DNA from: a virus | UHGV virus genome: UHGV-0038492 | Reading direction: 5' to 3' (one strand) | Length of the DNA: 64,000 bases | In this document: positions 47,674 through 56,941 of the stretch, one piece after another | How positions within the stretch are numbered: the stretch's first letter is position 1 | How the letters are laid out: each line of letters starts with the position of its first letter | Notes under the pieces: model-generated | The model's input: the letters and a program-made list of their open reading frames with translations, nothing else | Databases searched by the model: none | What the model was told of the DNA's origin: nothing | Made by a program: the position numbers and the translations under genes

Positions 47674-48225
47674 ATGAACAAATTTAATATCTTAGACGCT
47701 AAAATCGTATCCGAGTCTTCTATTCAGCAAGAAATCTTTCGTGTTCAGTTCGGTGAGAAAGTTCTGAATATTCCGCGCCCAGTTATGATTGGCTTAGCGA
47801 TATTCGTTAACAACAGTCATTGCAACGGTTCGGCGTTGTCAGTTCTTGAGTACGGTAACTATCAGTTCTATATTCCAGAACACCTCGAGTATAACCGTTT
47901 TATTGAACTTAAACCGTTCTATAAGTTCATGCTTGATGCAGGGTATTCGATTCTAACCAAAACGTATATTCGTGACTACTCGAAGTTAGAATCTTTCTAT
48001 CGTGCCCGTGGTTTTCGTGTCCCACAACCGTTTGACGGATACCAGACACGTGTTGTGTTAACTGCACCGTTAACGAAAGAACTGGCTTCCTACAAACTGG
48101 ATATCGAGCAGAAACTGCTGCGTGACGACTTACTGAAAATCTATAACCAGTTGTCCGTGGTTCCTTCTTCAACTATCTCGAACATTGAACCAGAATACGG
48201 AATAAGACAATACATGGAAGGTTAA
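47674..48225 (+). CDS. hypothetical protein
   Basis: 183 aa; RBS 'taggagaatagaaATG'. Confidence 0.55.
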   Translation: MNKFNILDAKIVSESSIQQEIFRVQFGEKVLNIPRPVMIGLAIFVNNSHCNGSALSVLEYGNYQFYIPEHLEYNRFIELKPFYKFMLDAGYSILTKTYIRDYSKLESFYRARGFRVPQPFDGYQTRVVLTAPLTKELASYKLDIEQKLLRDDLLKIYNQLSVVPSSTISNIEPEYGIRQYMEG

Positions 48226-48226
48226 G

Positions 48227-48532
48227 ATGAATCCGAGAGCCGACAGAATAGACGTGATACGTTTTGAAGAGTGTGAAACCGAGTACCAGGTTAAACGTAT
48301 CGAATTACGTTTAGTTATCCCTAAGCTAAACGAGCCTGAGTGGAACGGTGAGCTGATGGTACCGCTCGCCGAACCAATTAAAACGGGGGCAGGTGAGATT
48401 AATTATCTTCATTTAGAGGCGGCGGGTCGAAAAGTAACCGTTTGGCATCTTGCCGACGGTTACAAAACCAGTCAGCTTACACGTAAAGCTTTTATTCGGA
48501 AATTAAGAGAGTCGATGGGAGTTGTGAAATGA
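48227..48532 (+). CDS. hypothetical protein
   Basis: 101-aa ORF with RBS. Confidence 0.5.
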   Translation: MNPRADRIDVIRFEECETEYQVKRIELRLVIPKLNEPEWNGELMVPLAEPIKTGAGEINYLHLEAAGRKVTVWHLADGYKTSQLTRKAFIRKLRESMGVVK

Positions 48533-49065
48533 CAGTTACTGTATCTTTGATTGCAGCAGCGGGACTTAATAATGAAATAGGGAAAGACAATAAACTCCCT
48601 TGGCATATTCCCGATGACTTGAAGAACTTCAAAGCACTTACGTCAGGTAGGGTCATCGTGATGGGACGCAAGACGTGGGAATCGTTGGGGTATAAGCCCT
48701 TACCGAACCGACACCATGTTATCTTAACACGAAAACAAGGCGGTGTTCCTGATATCGACGGTGTGTTGAACCTTAAAGGTGATATGGGGTCGGTTATCGA
48801 GTTTCTCAAGAAAGAAGTTGTGGAGAAAGATTACCCGAAAGAAATCTTTATTATTGGCGGTGCAGAGATTTACCAACAAGCGATGCCTTATGCGGATAAG
48901 ATTTACTTGTCTCGTGTTGAGGTTAAGGTAGAGGGTGCGGATGCGTTCTTCCCTGAAATCGATCGCGATGAGTTTAAATTGACTTATAACTTAACACACT
49001 GCTCGAAACCAGAAAGTGGTATTCCGCGTTGGCATTATCAGATTTGGAAAAGAGATGGAAACTGA
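48529..49065 (+). CDS. folA: dihydrofolate reductase
   Basis: 'VSLIAAAGLNNEIGKDNKLPWHIPDDLKNFKALTSGRVIVMGRKTWESLG' matches the DHFR N-terminal signature. Confidence 0.85.
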   Translation: MTVTVSLIAAAGLNNEIGKDNKLPWHIPDDLKNFKALTSGRVIVMGRKTWESLGYKPLPNRHHVILTRKQGGVPDIDGVLNLKGDMGSVIEFLKKEVVEKDYPKEIFIIGGAEIYQQAMPYADKIYLSRVEVKVEGADAFFPEIDRDEFKLTYNLTHCSKPESGIPRWHYQIWKRDGN

Positions 49066-49351
49066 GTTTGTAACCTTAGAAAAACTCTTTTTAGGCAGCG
49101 TCGCGAAAAGGAAGATAGTCAGTTTCACTTGGAGCCGCACTCCCGTAAAATACGCGTTTCTACGTCGTTTACACTACGAGAAAAGCATCAAGCTGGTCTT
49201 GGTCGTGTTGTTCGAAAACAAACGCGGATTGTTGATTAATAATCATCGTTTTGCGGCGGAGATCTGGGCGACCACATCTGGCGGTGAGGAAGCGTCTGTT
49301 GGCTTTGCTAACGATAAGGTTATCTTTGAGGATATACCTTATCTGTTATAG
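49052..49351 (+). CDS. hypothetical protein (start uncertain; track start 49016)
   Basis: ATG with AAAGAG upstream, overlapping DHFR end. Confidence 0.4.
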   Translation, partial: EMETEFVTLEKLFLGSVAKRKIVSFTWSRTPVKYAFLRRLHYEKSIKLVLVVLFENKRGLLINNHRFAAEIWATTSGGEEASVGFANDKVIFEDIPYLL

Positions 49352-49362
49352 CACAGATAAAC

Positions 49363-49400
49363 ATAAAAGGGGACTTCGGTTCCCTTTTATTTTTTTTTTC
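49363..49400 (+). terminator. rho-independent terminator
   Basis: 'aaaaggggacttcggttccctttt' followed by T-run. Confidence 0.75.
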
Positions 49401-49441
49401 ATTTCGCGCCTGTGATATGACTATAACGAAGGAACAAGCCA

Positions 49442-50950
49442 ATGCAACAGTATTTTGAAATTCCGTCGTTAGACGCGACCATTCGCAAACCAATAATCGA
49501 TGGCGTTATACAACGTGTACTTAATGAATCAGGTATTGATAAAGCAGCGGTTGTTTTCCTTGATGAATTCAATAGCGCGCATCAACCCGATTCCACGTTA
49601 GGCGACGGTACAGAAGTTGAGTACAGCTCGCCTGAAAAGGTGTATGTTGAAGTAGAAGAAGAACGCGATGAGTGGGCCAGAATCAATCGTCAGGTTGGTC
49701 AGCAAGCCGAACCGTACTTCTTTGAAAACTCCGTCGATCAGGTGCGTGCCTGGCCCGTTAGAACGATGTATAACGTAACGGTAACGTTACGACGTACCAG
49801 TGCTTCTCGTGATGAGTTATTGCGCTGGACAAACCGTTTGGACTCGTTAGTGGACATGGGTCGTTATTCGACAATGACCGAGTCAGAAGCGTTTTATTAT
49901 ATTCCGAAACCGGCACTGAAGTTATTGAATGCCTGTTATGTCGCCGCAGGGACTCGTGTACCGACGTTTGATGATTTTAAAGCCTATCTCAAAGCGTACT
50001 TTACACCCGACGTGTTCCGCGCTGCTAACGTTGCCGGTGGTCAGGAATCTATTGCGGTACGCTATGCACCTACTCGCTTAGAGACTGTATACGACGTTCA
50101 GACACCTGCCTGGGATAAAGACGAGAACCACTGGGAAGCCACATTCGTTGTGCGTTTCTCTTATCAACGTCCCGAAGAGATTGTGGTTTCGTATCCGTAT
50201 ATCATCAACCAGACACCGCTTCCTGATGAATACTGGCCAGAGATAGATCCACCGTGGGTGTCTAACGAAGAACTGGTGTATCGTCATCCGCAACAAAAGA
50301 ATCTCGATTCAACGTGGTGGATTAACGAAACCCGTCAGTATATTCGTTTACCGTATCTACTGTCGCCGACAGAACAGTTCCACCGTACACATTCCCCGTT
50401 AAAAGATAAACTCCTGCACGTCTTCGGTACAGACGTTGTATTCGATGAAGACAACATGAGTTCACCGAAAGTGTTATCTGTCGAGGATTTACCGTACGAG
50501 TGGAATCCAGATTTGTTGCCGTATATCGAACACTGTCGAGCAATAGACCCTACCGGGCAGACGGGTGTCTTCCGTGTAGAGCTGTTCGAAGAAGGACAAA
50601 TCATCGAACCCCGTTTCTATCATTGGGAAGACAATACCTTCTTTTTGAAAGGACGTGATTTAAAAGTTAACAAGAGTTACTACCTAACCGAATCGGTGAT
50701 GTTCGATTGGCGAGGGATGAACCTGTGGCCACTCCAGCTTTATCCTAAAGCCGCGAAAGTGTTGATAGAATGGTTGTTCCCGAAATGGGATGTACCGGAC
50801 TGGTGGTGGGATAAACCCGTATTACCGCCGAGTGTTATCGACGACATTAATAAACTGATTCCTAACGTAGAAGCCCGCGTCTTGCTGACGGTGCTGAACT
50901 CGACCGTGATTACCATGCGAGGGACAGAGAATGCTCAAAGCGAAGCGTGA
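49442..50950 (+). CDS. hypothetical protein
   Basis: 502-aa ORF with RBS. Confidence 0.55.
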   Translation: MQQYFEIPSLDATIRKPIIDGVIQRVLNESGIDKAAVVFLDEFNSAHQPDSTLGDGTEVEYSSPEKVYVEVEEERDEWARINRQVGQQAEPYFFENSVDQVRAWPVRTMYNVTVTLRRTSASRDELLRWTNRLDSLVDMGRYSTMTESEAFYYIPKPALKLLNACYVAAGTRVPTFDDFKAYLKAYFTPDVFRAANVAGGQESIAVRYAPTRLETVYDVQTPAWDKDENHWEATFVVRFSYQRPEEIVVSYPYIINQTPLPDEYWPEIDPPWVSNEELVYRHPQQKNLDSTWWINETRQYIRLPYLLSPTEQFHRTHSPLKDKLLHVFGTDVVFDEDNMSSPKVLSVEDLPYEWNPDLLPYIEHCRAIDPTGQTGVFRVELFEEGQIIEPRFYHWEDNTFFLKGRDLKVNKSYYLTESVMFDWRGMNLWPLQLYPKAAKVLIEWLFPKWDVPDWWWDKPVLPPSVIDDINKLIPNVEARVLLTVLNSTVITMRGTENAQSEA

Positions 50951-52301
50951 TAAGCCGTCAACATTTGAACCTGTAGACCGGCCTATCCCCGAATTAAACA
51001 AACCCCAGGACGGTGTAAAAGAAACCACCAACATCGTTACGCAACCCACACGTACAACCGTTACTGATTTAGACCGTATTCCAAAGCAATACCTAATGAA
51101 GTATCTGGAAGGGTCAGCATGGACGGTGGACTTCTTTAACTTCCTGAAAGGAAGAAACGACGCCAAGAAGTTTTTCGATTCGAAAGTGCTTACACCTGAC
51201 CAACAGGTAGAGAAAATCATCGGGTTGGAACTGCGTGTAACGACACCACTCGACCGTAGCCAAGACACCACGAACAAAACGTTCAGCATGTCAGGCGCTG
51301 CAACAATCGCAAACTCGATTATCCCTAACGAGGGTTGCTTTTTCATCGCCCCTATCGGTGACGGTCGTTTTGCGTTGTTTAACGTTACCAACGTTGTGCG
51401 TATGTCGAATAACAAAGTCGCGACGTACAACATCGAATACACGTTACTTTTCGAAGTTGACCCAGAAACCGCAGAAACGATTCGTCGTTGTACCGTACGT
51501 GAATACTACTACGTTGCAGAGCGTGCCTGGACAGGCGGTGATACACTTCTCACACCGAAAGAGTACCGCGCGTTCCTGGAAGTCGTTGACGCGATTGAAG
51601 ACATTGAGCAGACGTATGTAAAACGTTTCTACGACGGTGAAACGGCCACATTGTTGTTCCCACACGATCGGCACAGTGACGGTTTGCGTAGCCGTGCTTA
51701 CTACGATGTGTTCTTAGCGCTGTTTGTGCGCGCGCTGGGATTACGTACCGTAGGTAAGGATATTCAGATTTATCCGCACCCACCGATGAACGTGGAAGAC
51801 ATTGAAACGGTGTGGACAGCGCTGCTGCAACAGTCGCCAACGTTCTTAGCAGATTACAAACGTGACAGTTCGGTGTGGCAAACGAAAACTTTCCGTACGA
51901 TGCAACATCGTAATTCAGTAACGTGGTCGTTGATTTCTGACACCCGATTCTTTACGGAAGAGTTAAAGCCCGGTTACGGGATGGCACAACGTTTCCCCGG
52001 TCAGTGGCCAGAATGGAAACCGTTTGAACCGGTTGAAGTTGAAAACTATCGTGGGAACGAAGGAGAGTCTATTCCGGCCTTCCTACCGCTGTCCTTTAAA
52101 CCGTATTTGCTGAGCGAGACGTTCTACGACGGTTCTTACAGTTCGTTGTTGGAATACGGCTTGTACTTGTACCTGCATAAACGTCCGCTACCGTCGGTAA
52201 TTGCGTTAAAATTGTTTGAGGAGGTTTATAAACTTCCGAAAGACGCACAGTTCTATTACATTCCGATGGTGTATCTGCTTTTAAGATATTCGAGGGATTA
52301 A
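50931..52301 (+). CDS. hypothetical protein
   Basis: 456-aa ORF, overlaps upstream gene by 20 nt. Confidence 0.55.
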   Translation: MLKAKRDKPSTFEPVDRPIPELNKPQDGVKETTNIVTQPTRTTVTDLDRIPKQYLMKYLEGSAWTVDFFNFLKGRNDAKKFFDSKVLTPDQQVEKIIGLELRVTTPLDRSQDTTNKTFSMSGAATIANSIIPNEGCFFIAPIGDGRFALFNVTNVVRMSNNKVATYNIEYTLLFEVDPETAETIRRCTVREYYYVAERAWTGGDTLLTPKEYRAFLEVVDAIEDIEQTYVKRFYDGETATLLFPHDRHSDGLRSRAYYDVFLALFVRALGLRTVGKDIQIYPHPPMNVEDIETVWTALLQQSPTFLADYKRDSSVWQTKTFRTMQHRNSVTWSLISDTRFFTEELKPGYGMAQRFPGQWPEWKPFEPVEVENYRGNEGESIPAFLPLSFKPYLLSETFYDGSYSSLLEYGLYLYLHKRPLPSVIALKLFEEVYKLPKDAQFYYIPMVYLLLRYSRD

Positions 52302-52302
52302 T

Positions 52303-52842
52303 GTGTCAGTGAAACGTAGTGCAGCATTTATGCTGTTCCATAAGTGGGTAGCGTGGCGTGTTCCTGAATGGACAACCATCACCCAGTATATGTCGCAAGA
52401 ACACGGATTGTTCTTGCCGGATGACGAAAAGAAAGCACGAGCGATTTTGTTGAACAAGAAAACGGTGTATATGCGGCCATTTGAAGTGGCGGTGTATGCT
52501 GAGACCGGTGCTGCGTTAGATGTTCACGATCCGAATGACGGTATTATCGTTTACGGGTATATCATGGAACACCTGGCAGATTGGTTACATTACATGCAAG
52601 AACCTCATCTGACGACGCGCAAAGTGCCGATAGAAGGACTCCGGCAGTTCAACGCCTTAGCGTGTAAACTCTTTCCCGTTGCTAACCGATACGGTTACTT
52701 TAAGAAGCCGGAAGTGACGATGGCGACGTCGGTACAAGCGTTATTTGGAGAGGTGCGTTTAGAAGCGCAGCAACACCGTTTTAACGATACGATAATGCGA
52801 CGTATAGAAACGATTTATCGTAAAAGGGGAGGTATACTGTAA
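52303..52842 (+). CDS. hypothetical protein (GTG start)
   Basis: 179-aa ORF; GAGGGA upstream. Confidence 0.45.
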   Translation: MSVKRSAAFMLFHKWVAWRVPEWTTITQYMSQEHGLFLPDDEKKARAILLNKKTVYMRPFEVAVYAETGAALDVHDPNDGIIVYGYIMEHLADWLHYMQEPHLTTRKVPIEGLRQFNALACKLFPVANRYGYFKKPEVTMATSVQALFGEVRLEAQQHRFNDTIMRRIETIYRKRGGIL

Positions 52843-54161
52843 TGTCGTTTGGTCGGTTACAGAACATAGCAAACGTGCATATCGCACAAGCGGCGGGATT
52901 ACCGGCCATCGAATACGTACCTATCATTACGGTACGTGGCACAGTTATCAGCGTGTTTAAAACGTTGTCGATAATCCATGCCAGTAACTTCGCGCAGGAC
53001 TTAACGACCATCACCCATCTTACCGTGATGATACCGTTAAGCCAACAGCGTGTGTTAACGTCTTCCGCAGACGGGGATTTGTCCGTGAAAATTCTAATGC
53101 GGACAATGAACAAGAAAACCGTTGCGAAACTCGACTATCGGGGTATCGTCGTAAACAACCACGATCCCGACATGGAATCACCCACGATGTTCTTAGGTGA
53201 GTCTGACCAGAAAGCGTTAGCGGTCGTCACCCTGGAGCTGATGGACGAGTCAATGTGGTTCTTACGTTGCCGACAAGTCGGTGGGATTTATCACGAGACA
53301 GACGGTCTTAGTGTTGTTCGTGCACTGCTGTCAGATACGTTACCTACTGGTGATGCGCCAGAAGGTCAGTTGGTGGGCGTGGAATACGAGGAAGAGGAGC
53401 AACAACCGTATCGGGATATTTTGATTCCTGACTCGGAAAGTTTCTTGTCTGTGTTCGATTACCTTCAGAATCGTTACGGGGTTTATAGCCAAGGGCTGGG
53501 GGTGTTCCTTTACAAACACCGCTGGTATATTTTCCAACCTTGGGATTCTAAGAAGTTTTCATCAGCGAAGAATAAGCTGGTGATTATAAATCTACCGAAA
53601 GAGAAAGCAGCGTATCTGAATAAGACTTGCCACATTGACGGTGACGTGATTTACCTGATTTGTGGGGGTGATGTACACACCTTCGAAGATAAAGACTCCT
53701 TAGCACTAAACCAAGGTACCGGTTATCGTGTGGGGTCTATCCGTGCGTTGGATGGTCGTGCGTCCTCGTTCTCGTCAGGTGATGTTTCTGCTACAACGTC
53801 TGATTCGTTCGTGTCAGCGGCTGACCCGACGCAATATCCGGGTGGGGTAGTTAACGCACCAATTGACCCGAACCAACACTTCTCGGACACAGATAAACCG
53901 CAACGGTCTAAGTTAGCGGCGGCGAAAGGAACGCTAACCGCAACAACCTGGAACGCATCAACGTATGGCCTACTCCGTCCGGGGATGGCAGTAAAATACA
54001 TTTATGCGAATAACTATGGTGTATACACGCGTTACGGAACATTGGTTGCAGAAGTTTTCCAAGGTGCAATTGATGGCGGTTCAGCGGCTTCACCACGGTT
54101 TAATACCATTAGTCAGTTGACGTTGTGGCTGACTAATGAAAATTTTACATCCACAACGTAA
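52842..54161 (+). CDS. hypothetical protein
   Basis: 439-aa ORF, start overlaps upstream stop. Confidence 0.5.
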   Translation: MSFGRLQNIANVHIAQAAGLPAIEYVPIITVRGTVISVFKTLSIIHASNFAQDLTTITHLTVMIPLSQQRVLTSSADGDLSVKILMRTMNKKTVAKLDYRGIVVNNHDPDMESPTMFLGESDQKALAVVTLELMDESMWFLRCRQVGGIYHETDGLSVVRALLSDTLPTGDAPEGQLVGVEYEEEEQQPYRDILIPDSESFLSVFDYLQNRYGVYSQGLGVFLYKHRWYIFQPWDSKKFSSAKNKLVIINLPKEKAAYLNKTCHIDGDVIYLICGGDVHTFEDKDSLALNQGTGYRVGSIRALDGRASSFSSGDVSATTSDSFVSAADPTQYPGGVVNAPIDPNQHFSDTDKPQRSKLAAAKGTLTATTWNASTYGLLRPGMAVKYIYANNYGVYTRYGTLVAEVFQGAIDGGSAASPRFNTISQLTLWLTNENFTSTT

Positions 54162-54187
54162 GTTATGTCGACAGCAACCTAAAGGAT

Positions 54188-54994
54188 TTGTTAATGAGCA
54201 ATTTACTTACTTTCCGCATGTCTGGTCAAACGTTAATGCAGATTGACGAGTACGAAAAAGAACATTTCGCTAAACCGTCTAAACTGTTAGAACGTTGCTT
54301 AAAGGTTATTCCAGGCGGCGAGCATTGTCAGCTAGATTTCGTCATGGCGTCTTCTGCTGACAAAACGGTCTCTGTTATCTACACGGTTGACGGAGTACAG
54401 GGCCATCGCTTATTACCGATTGAAGAAAAAGGTTCTTTGGGTAATTTGTTGTTCTTGCACGCAATCACGACAGCGGTAGTGACGGGTGCACTGGAAGCAC
54501 AGTACGGTTTCGCGTATTGCTATTTCTACGCACAGAAGCTGGCGAATGCGGTAGTTCCAGGAGAGCCGGAAACGTATCCGAAGTATATCGAACGTTTGCT
54601 TCCGACACACTTTGCTGAGTCTGACGACTATGAGTTCAATGCTTTCCGTTTCACGATGATTGGCGAAGCGCGCGATCCTGAAAACACCATTGCGTTACGT
54701 GCCGTTGTTCGTTACGCGGTAATTTCGTCTGACAGCGGAATGGCAAGCAACTTCAACGAAGTGTTCCCGGTTATGCAACTCGGTCCGTATATCACGTTTA
54801 ACGCGTACGTACCGTTTACTTGTCAGTTAATCGGCCCGCAGGATAACGATTCTATCCTCCCGATTACTGAAGAGAAAGGTCTGCATATTCGTGACGCCGT
54901 AGAAGTCATCAACGATAAACGTTTTACGATCTCATCGAAAAGCGGCATTGCTGATGAAGAACTTGCGGTCGTGAACAAAATGCAAGTGATGTAA
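54188..54994 (+). CDS. hypothetical protein
   Basis: 268-aa ORF with RBS; followed by terminator. Confidence 0.55.
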   Translation: MLMSNLLTFRMSGQTLMQIDEYEKEHFAKPSKLLERCLKVIPGGEHCQLDFVMASSADKTVSVIYTVDGVQGHRLLPIEEKGSLGNLLFLHAITTAVVTGALEAQYGFAYCYFYAQKLANAVVPGEPETYPKYIERLLPTHFAESDDYEFNAFRFTMIGEARDPENTIALRAVVRYAVISSDSGMASNFNEVFPVMQLGPYITFNAYVPFTCQLIGPQDNDSILPITEEKGLHIRDAVEVINDKRFTISSKSGIADEELAVVNKMQVM

Positions 54995-54997
54995 AAT

Positions 54998-55040
54998 TAT
55001 CCCGTTACCTTTGTGGGTAACGGGATGTCCTTTTATTTAC
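54998..55040 (+). terminator. rho-independent terminator
   Basis: 'tcccgttacctttgtgggtaacggga' followed by T-rich tract. Confidence 0.65.
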
Positions 55041-55149
55041 TCGTAAATGCGTCTTAGACGCTGTTTTACACCTTAAGACGATTAATGGTGTTTAAAAAAT
55101 AAAAGGTCGTCAGAATGCGATACAGCGCGTTTTAGAGGGTGTTTTAATT

Positions 55150-55190
55150 AAAATATTTTCAGATATATATTACTTAGGTGAGAGAATTAC
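55150..55190 (+). promoter_or_regulatory. phage promoter-like motif, copy 6 (near-identical to copy 5)
   Basis: 'aaatattttcagatatatattacttaggtgagagaattacg'. Confidence 0.5.
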
Positions 55191-55230
55191 GTAATACTCA
55201 TTTATCGAATACCTAATTAGGAGCTATATC

Positions 55231-55374
55231 ATGATTTCTGTAAAACACAAAAAAGCTATCTTCGCTGTTGTTATCGCTGTTGTTCTGGGTTGCCTGTACC
55301 TGGATATCGACAAAGGCTACGACACTTGCATCGACAACGGTAATTCCGTTGCACAGTGCACTGGTCGTGGTTAA
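55231..55374 (+). CDS. small hydrophobic peptide (47 aa), below ORF-track cutoff
   Basis: RBS 'taggagctatatcATG'; 'MISVKHKKAIFAVVIAVVLGCLYLDIDKGYDTCIDNGNSVAQCTGRG'; optimised codons; own terminator. Confidence 0.6.
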   Translation: MISVKHKKAIFAVVIAVVLGCLYLDIDKGYDTCIDNGNSVAQCTGRG

Positions 55375-55378
55375 TGTA

Positions 55379-55410
55379 TAAGGCACCTTCGGGTGCCCTT
55401 AATTTTTTAT
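55379..55410 (+). terminator. rho-independent terminator
   Basis: 'ggcaccttcgggtgcc' followed by T-run. Confidence 0.7.
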
Positions 55411-55428
55411 CTATTGGAGTATTTTTAA

Positions 55429-56244
55429 ATGAAAACTATCAAAGACTATTTTCCGACTGGCATCAGTAGCGACCATTTCGTACCAGCGGATTCGATGGAA
55501 ATTATCAGCAAGTCCAGTAGCGGTGAGTTTGTTATTTACCTAACTAATGTAGGAGGTAGACCGAGTTTCATTCTCCTCGAGCCTAAAGAAATAAGTGTCT
55601 GTACGGTTGCTGTAAATGTTTCTTGCGGCCTTAGCTGGTTGAAGTCCAGGCTGTTACGCTTGCTCGTGGTTAATACTGACCCAGCAGTACGCTTAGAGCG
55701 ATTAAAAGCAATGAATGAAGTTATCCTGGGTTTTCTGCTACATCCTATTTACGGTAACCCTAAAGTCGCAGAAGCAATACAAAACGTACAGTTAGTAGAG
55801 TGGAGTGATATTAACTACGAGCGTGCCTCCGAATTTGTATTACAGGCAGACGACAACACCGGTGTGTTCTCACAAACGTTGGATAACGTAACGGTAACCG
55901 CGCGTGTGTTGTTTGGTTTACAACGCGTAGAGTTTGAATTGAAACACGTCTACGTGAGCAATGAGCCAGAGATGGTGGAAACGTTGATTCGTGCGTTCGC
56001 ATATCCGTTAGACGGTGAATGGGAACAGCAGATTAACGGAGCGTTGGAAGCCATGCATTTCCTGGCTCAAACGTTAAGGAAGGATGAGAAATTGAAAGGT
56101 CGTGTTTATCCAGAACACGATTTTGTTTGTGAAGAATGTGGGGCACAGTATCAAATCCGTGTTCCTTTAACCGGCCTAACATTCCCGCAAGCCAACGTGC
56201 AATGTAAGGAATGTGGCCATGTTCAATACGTAGCGATTAAATAA
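55429..56244 (+). CDS. hypothetical protein with C-terminal CxxC...CxxC zinc-ribbon-like motif
   Basis: 271 aa; 'CEECGAQYQ...CKECGH'. Confidence 0.55.
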   Translation: MKTIKDYFPTGISSDHFVPADSMEIISKSSSGEFVIYLTNVGGRPSFILLEPKEISVCTVAVNVSCGLSWLKSRLLRLLVVNTDPAVRLERLKAMNEVILGFLLHPIYGNPKVAEAIQNVQLVEWSDINYERASEFVLQADDNTGVFSQTLDNVTVTARVLFGLQRVEFELKHVYVSNEPEMVETLIRAFAYPLDGEWEQQINGALEAMHFLAQTLRKDEKLKGRVYPEHDFVCEECGAQYQIRVPLTGLTFPQANVQCKECGHVQYVAIK

Positions 56245-56248
56245 AAGC

Positions 56249-56296
56249 AACCCCTAATCCCGAAAAGGATTAGGGGTACACTTTATTTATTTTCGC
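56249..56296 (+). terminator. hairpin terminator
   Basis: 'cccctaatcccgaaaaggattagggg' followed by T-rich tract. Confidence 0.6.
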
Positions 56297-56320
56297 AATT
56301 TCAACATAGGAGAAAAGTTC

Positions 56321-56479
56321 ATGAAACATGAACAGTTGTTTCAAAGGTTAAACGAGTTGTCCGTAAAACAGCTCGAATTTCAACGAAGGGTTAGTGAAAT
56401 AGCGCAACCAACGTTAACTCAGCCCAAAGTTGCTTATCCAAGAAACACCCAGTTGATAGTTGAAAGGAGAAGTAACTGA
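56321..56479 (+). CDS. small protein (52 aa), below ORF-track cutoff
   Basis: RBS 'taggagaaaagttcATG'; followed by hairpin plus T-run. Confidence 0.45.
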   Translation: MKHEQLFQRLNELSVKQLEFQRRVSEIAQPTLTQPKVAYPRNTQLIVERRSN

Positions 56480-56486
56480 TAAAAAC

Positions 56487-56515
56487 AAGGGGGTGCTGCC
56501 ACACCCCTTTTTTAC
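56487..56515 (+). terminator. rho-independent terminator
   Basis: 'ggggtgctgccacacccc' followed by T6. Confidence 0.6.
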
Positions 56516-56601
56516 GCTTTAACTTTTCCAAAGAGAAGTTAAAGCAGTAGGGGATGACCGACATCCCCTACTGTACGGTGCCAACGCATAAAGACGTTGG
56601 C
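56516..56601 (+). other. three tandem perfect stem-loops (9-, 10- and 7-bp stems) in intergenic region; candidate structured RNA or regulatory element
   Basis: 'ctttaactt..aagttaaag', 'gtaggggatg..catcccctac', 'gccaacg..cgttggc'. Confidence 0.4.
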
Positions 56602-56633
56602 GTTTCTTACAACGTTACTAAAGGTAATGAAAA

Positions 56634-56804
56634 ATGAACGATTATCAATTACAGATGTTTAATGCGGCGATGCGTAACCGTGAAAAACAAATTCAGTTCA
56701 ACCAACGCATGGATGAATATGTTCGCCTCGGTCTTGTTGCGGCACCTAAAACATCTAATAACCAGAATATACAGCAACCCTATGTAAGGAGAACTGGCTA
56801 CTAA
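56634..56804 (+). CDS. small protein (56 aa), below ORF-track cutoff
   Basis: RBS 'aaaggtaatgaaaaATG'; followed by hairpin 'agggggtg..caccccct'. Confidence 0.45.
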   Translation: MNDYQLQMFNAAMRNREKQIQFNQRMDEYVRLGLVAAPKTSNNQNIQQPYVRRTGY

Positions 56805-56941
56805 TTAACTAATACAGGGGGTGCACTACCACCCCCTACTTGGTTCAGTAGTTGACTTTCGTTCATAATTATTAGATGTCTTGTTTTTTTTGCTTTTCAG
56901 GACGCATAAGGGGTCGTAGGGGGAGCCGAAGCTCCCCAGAC

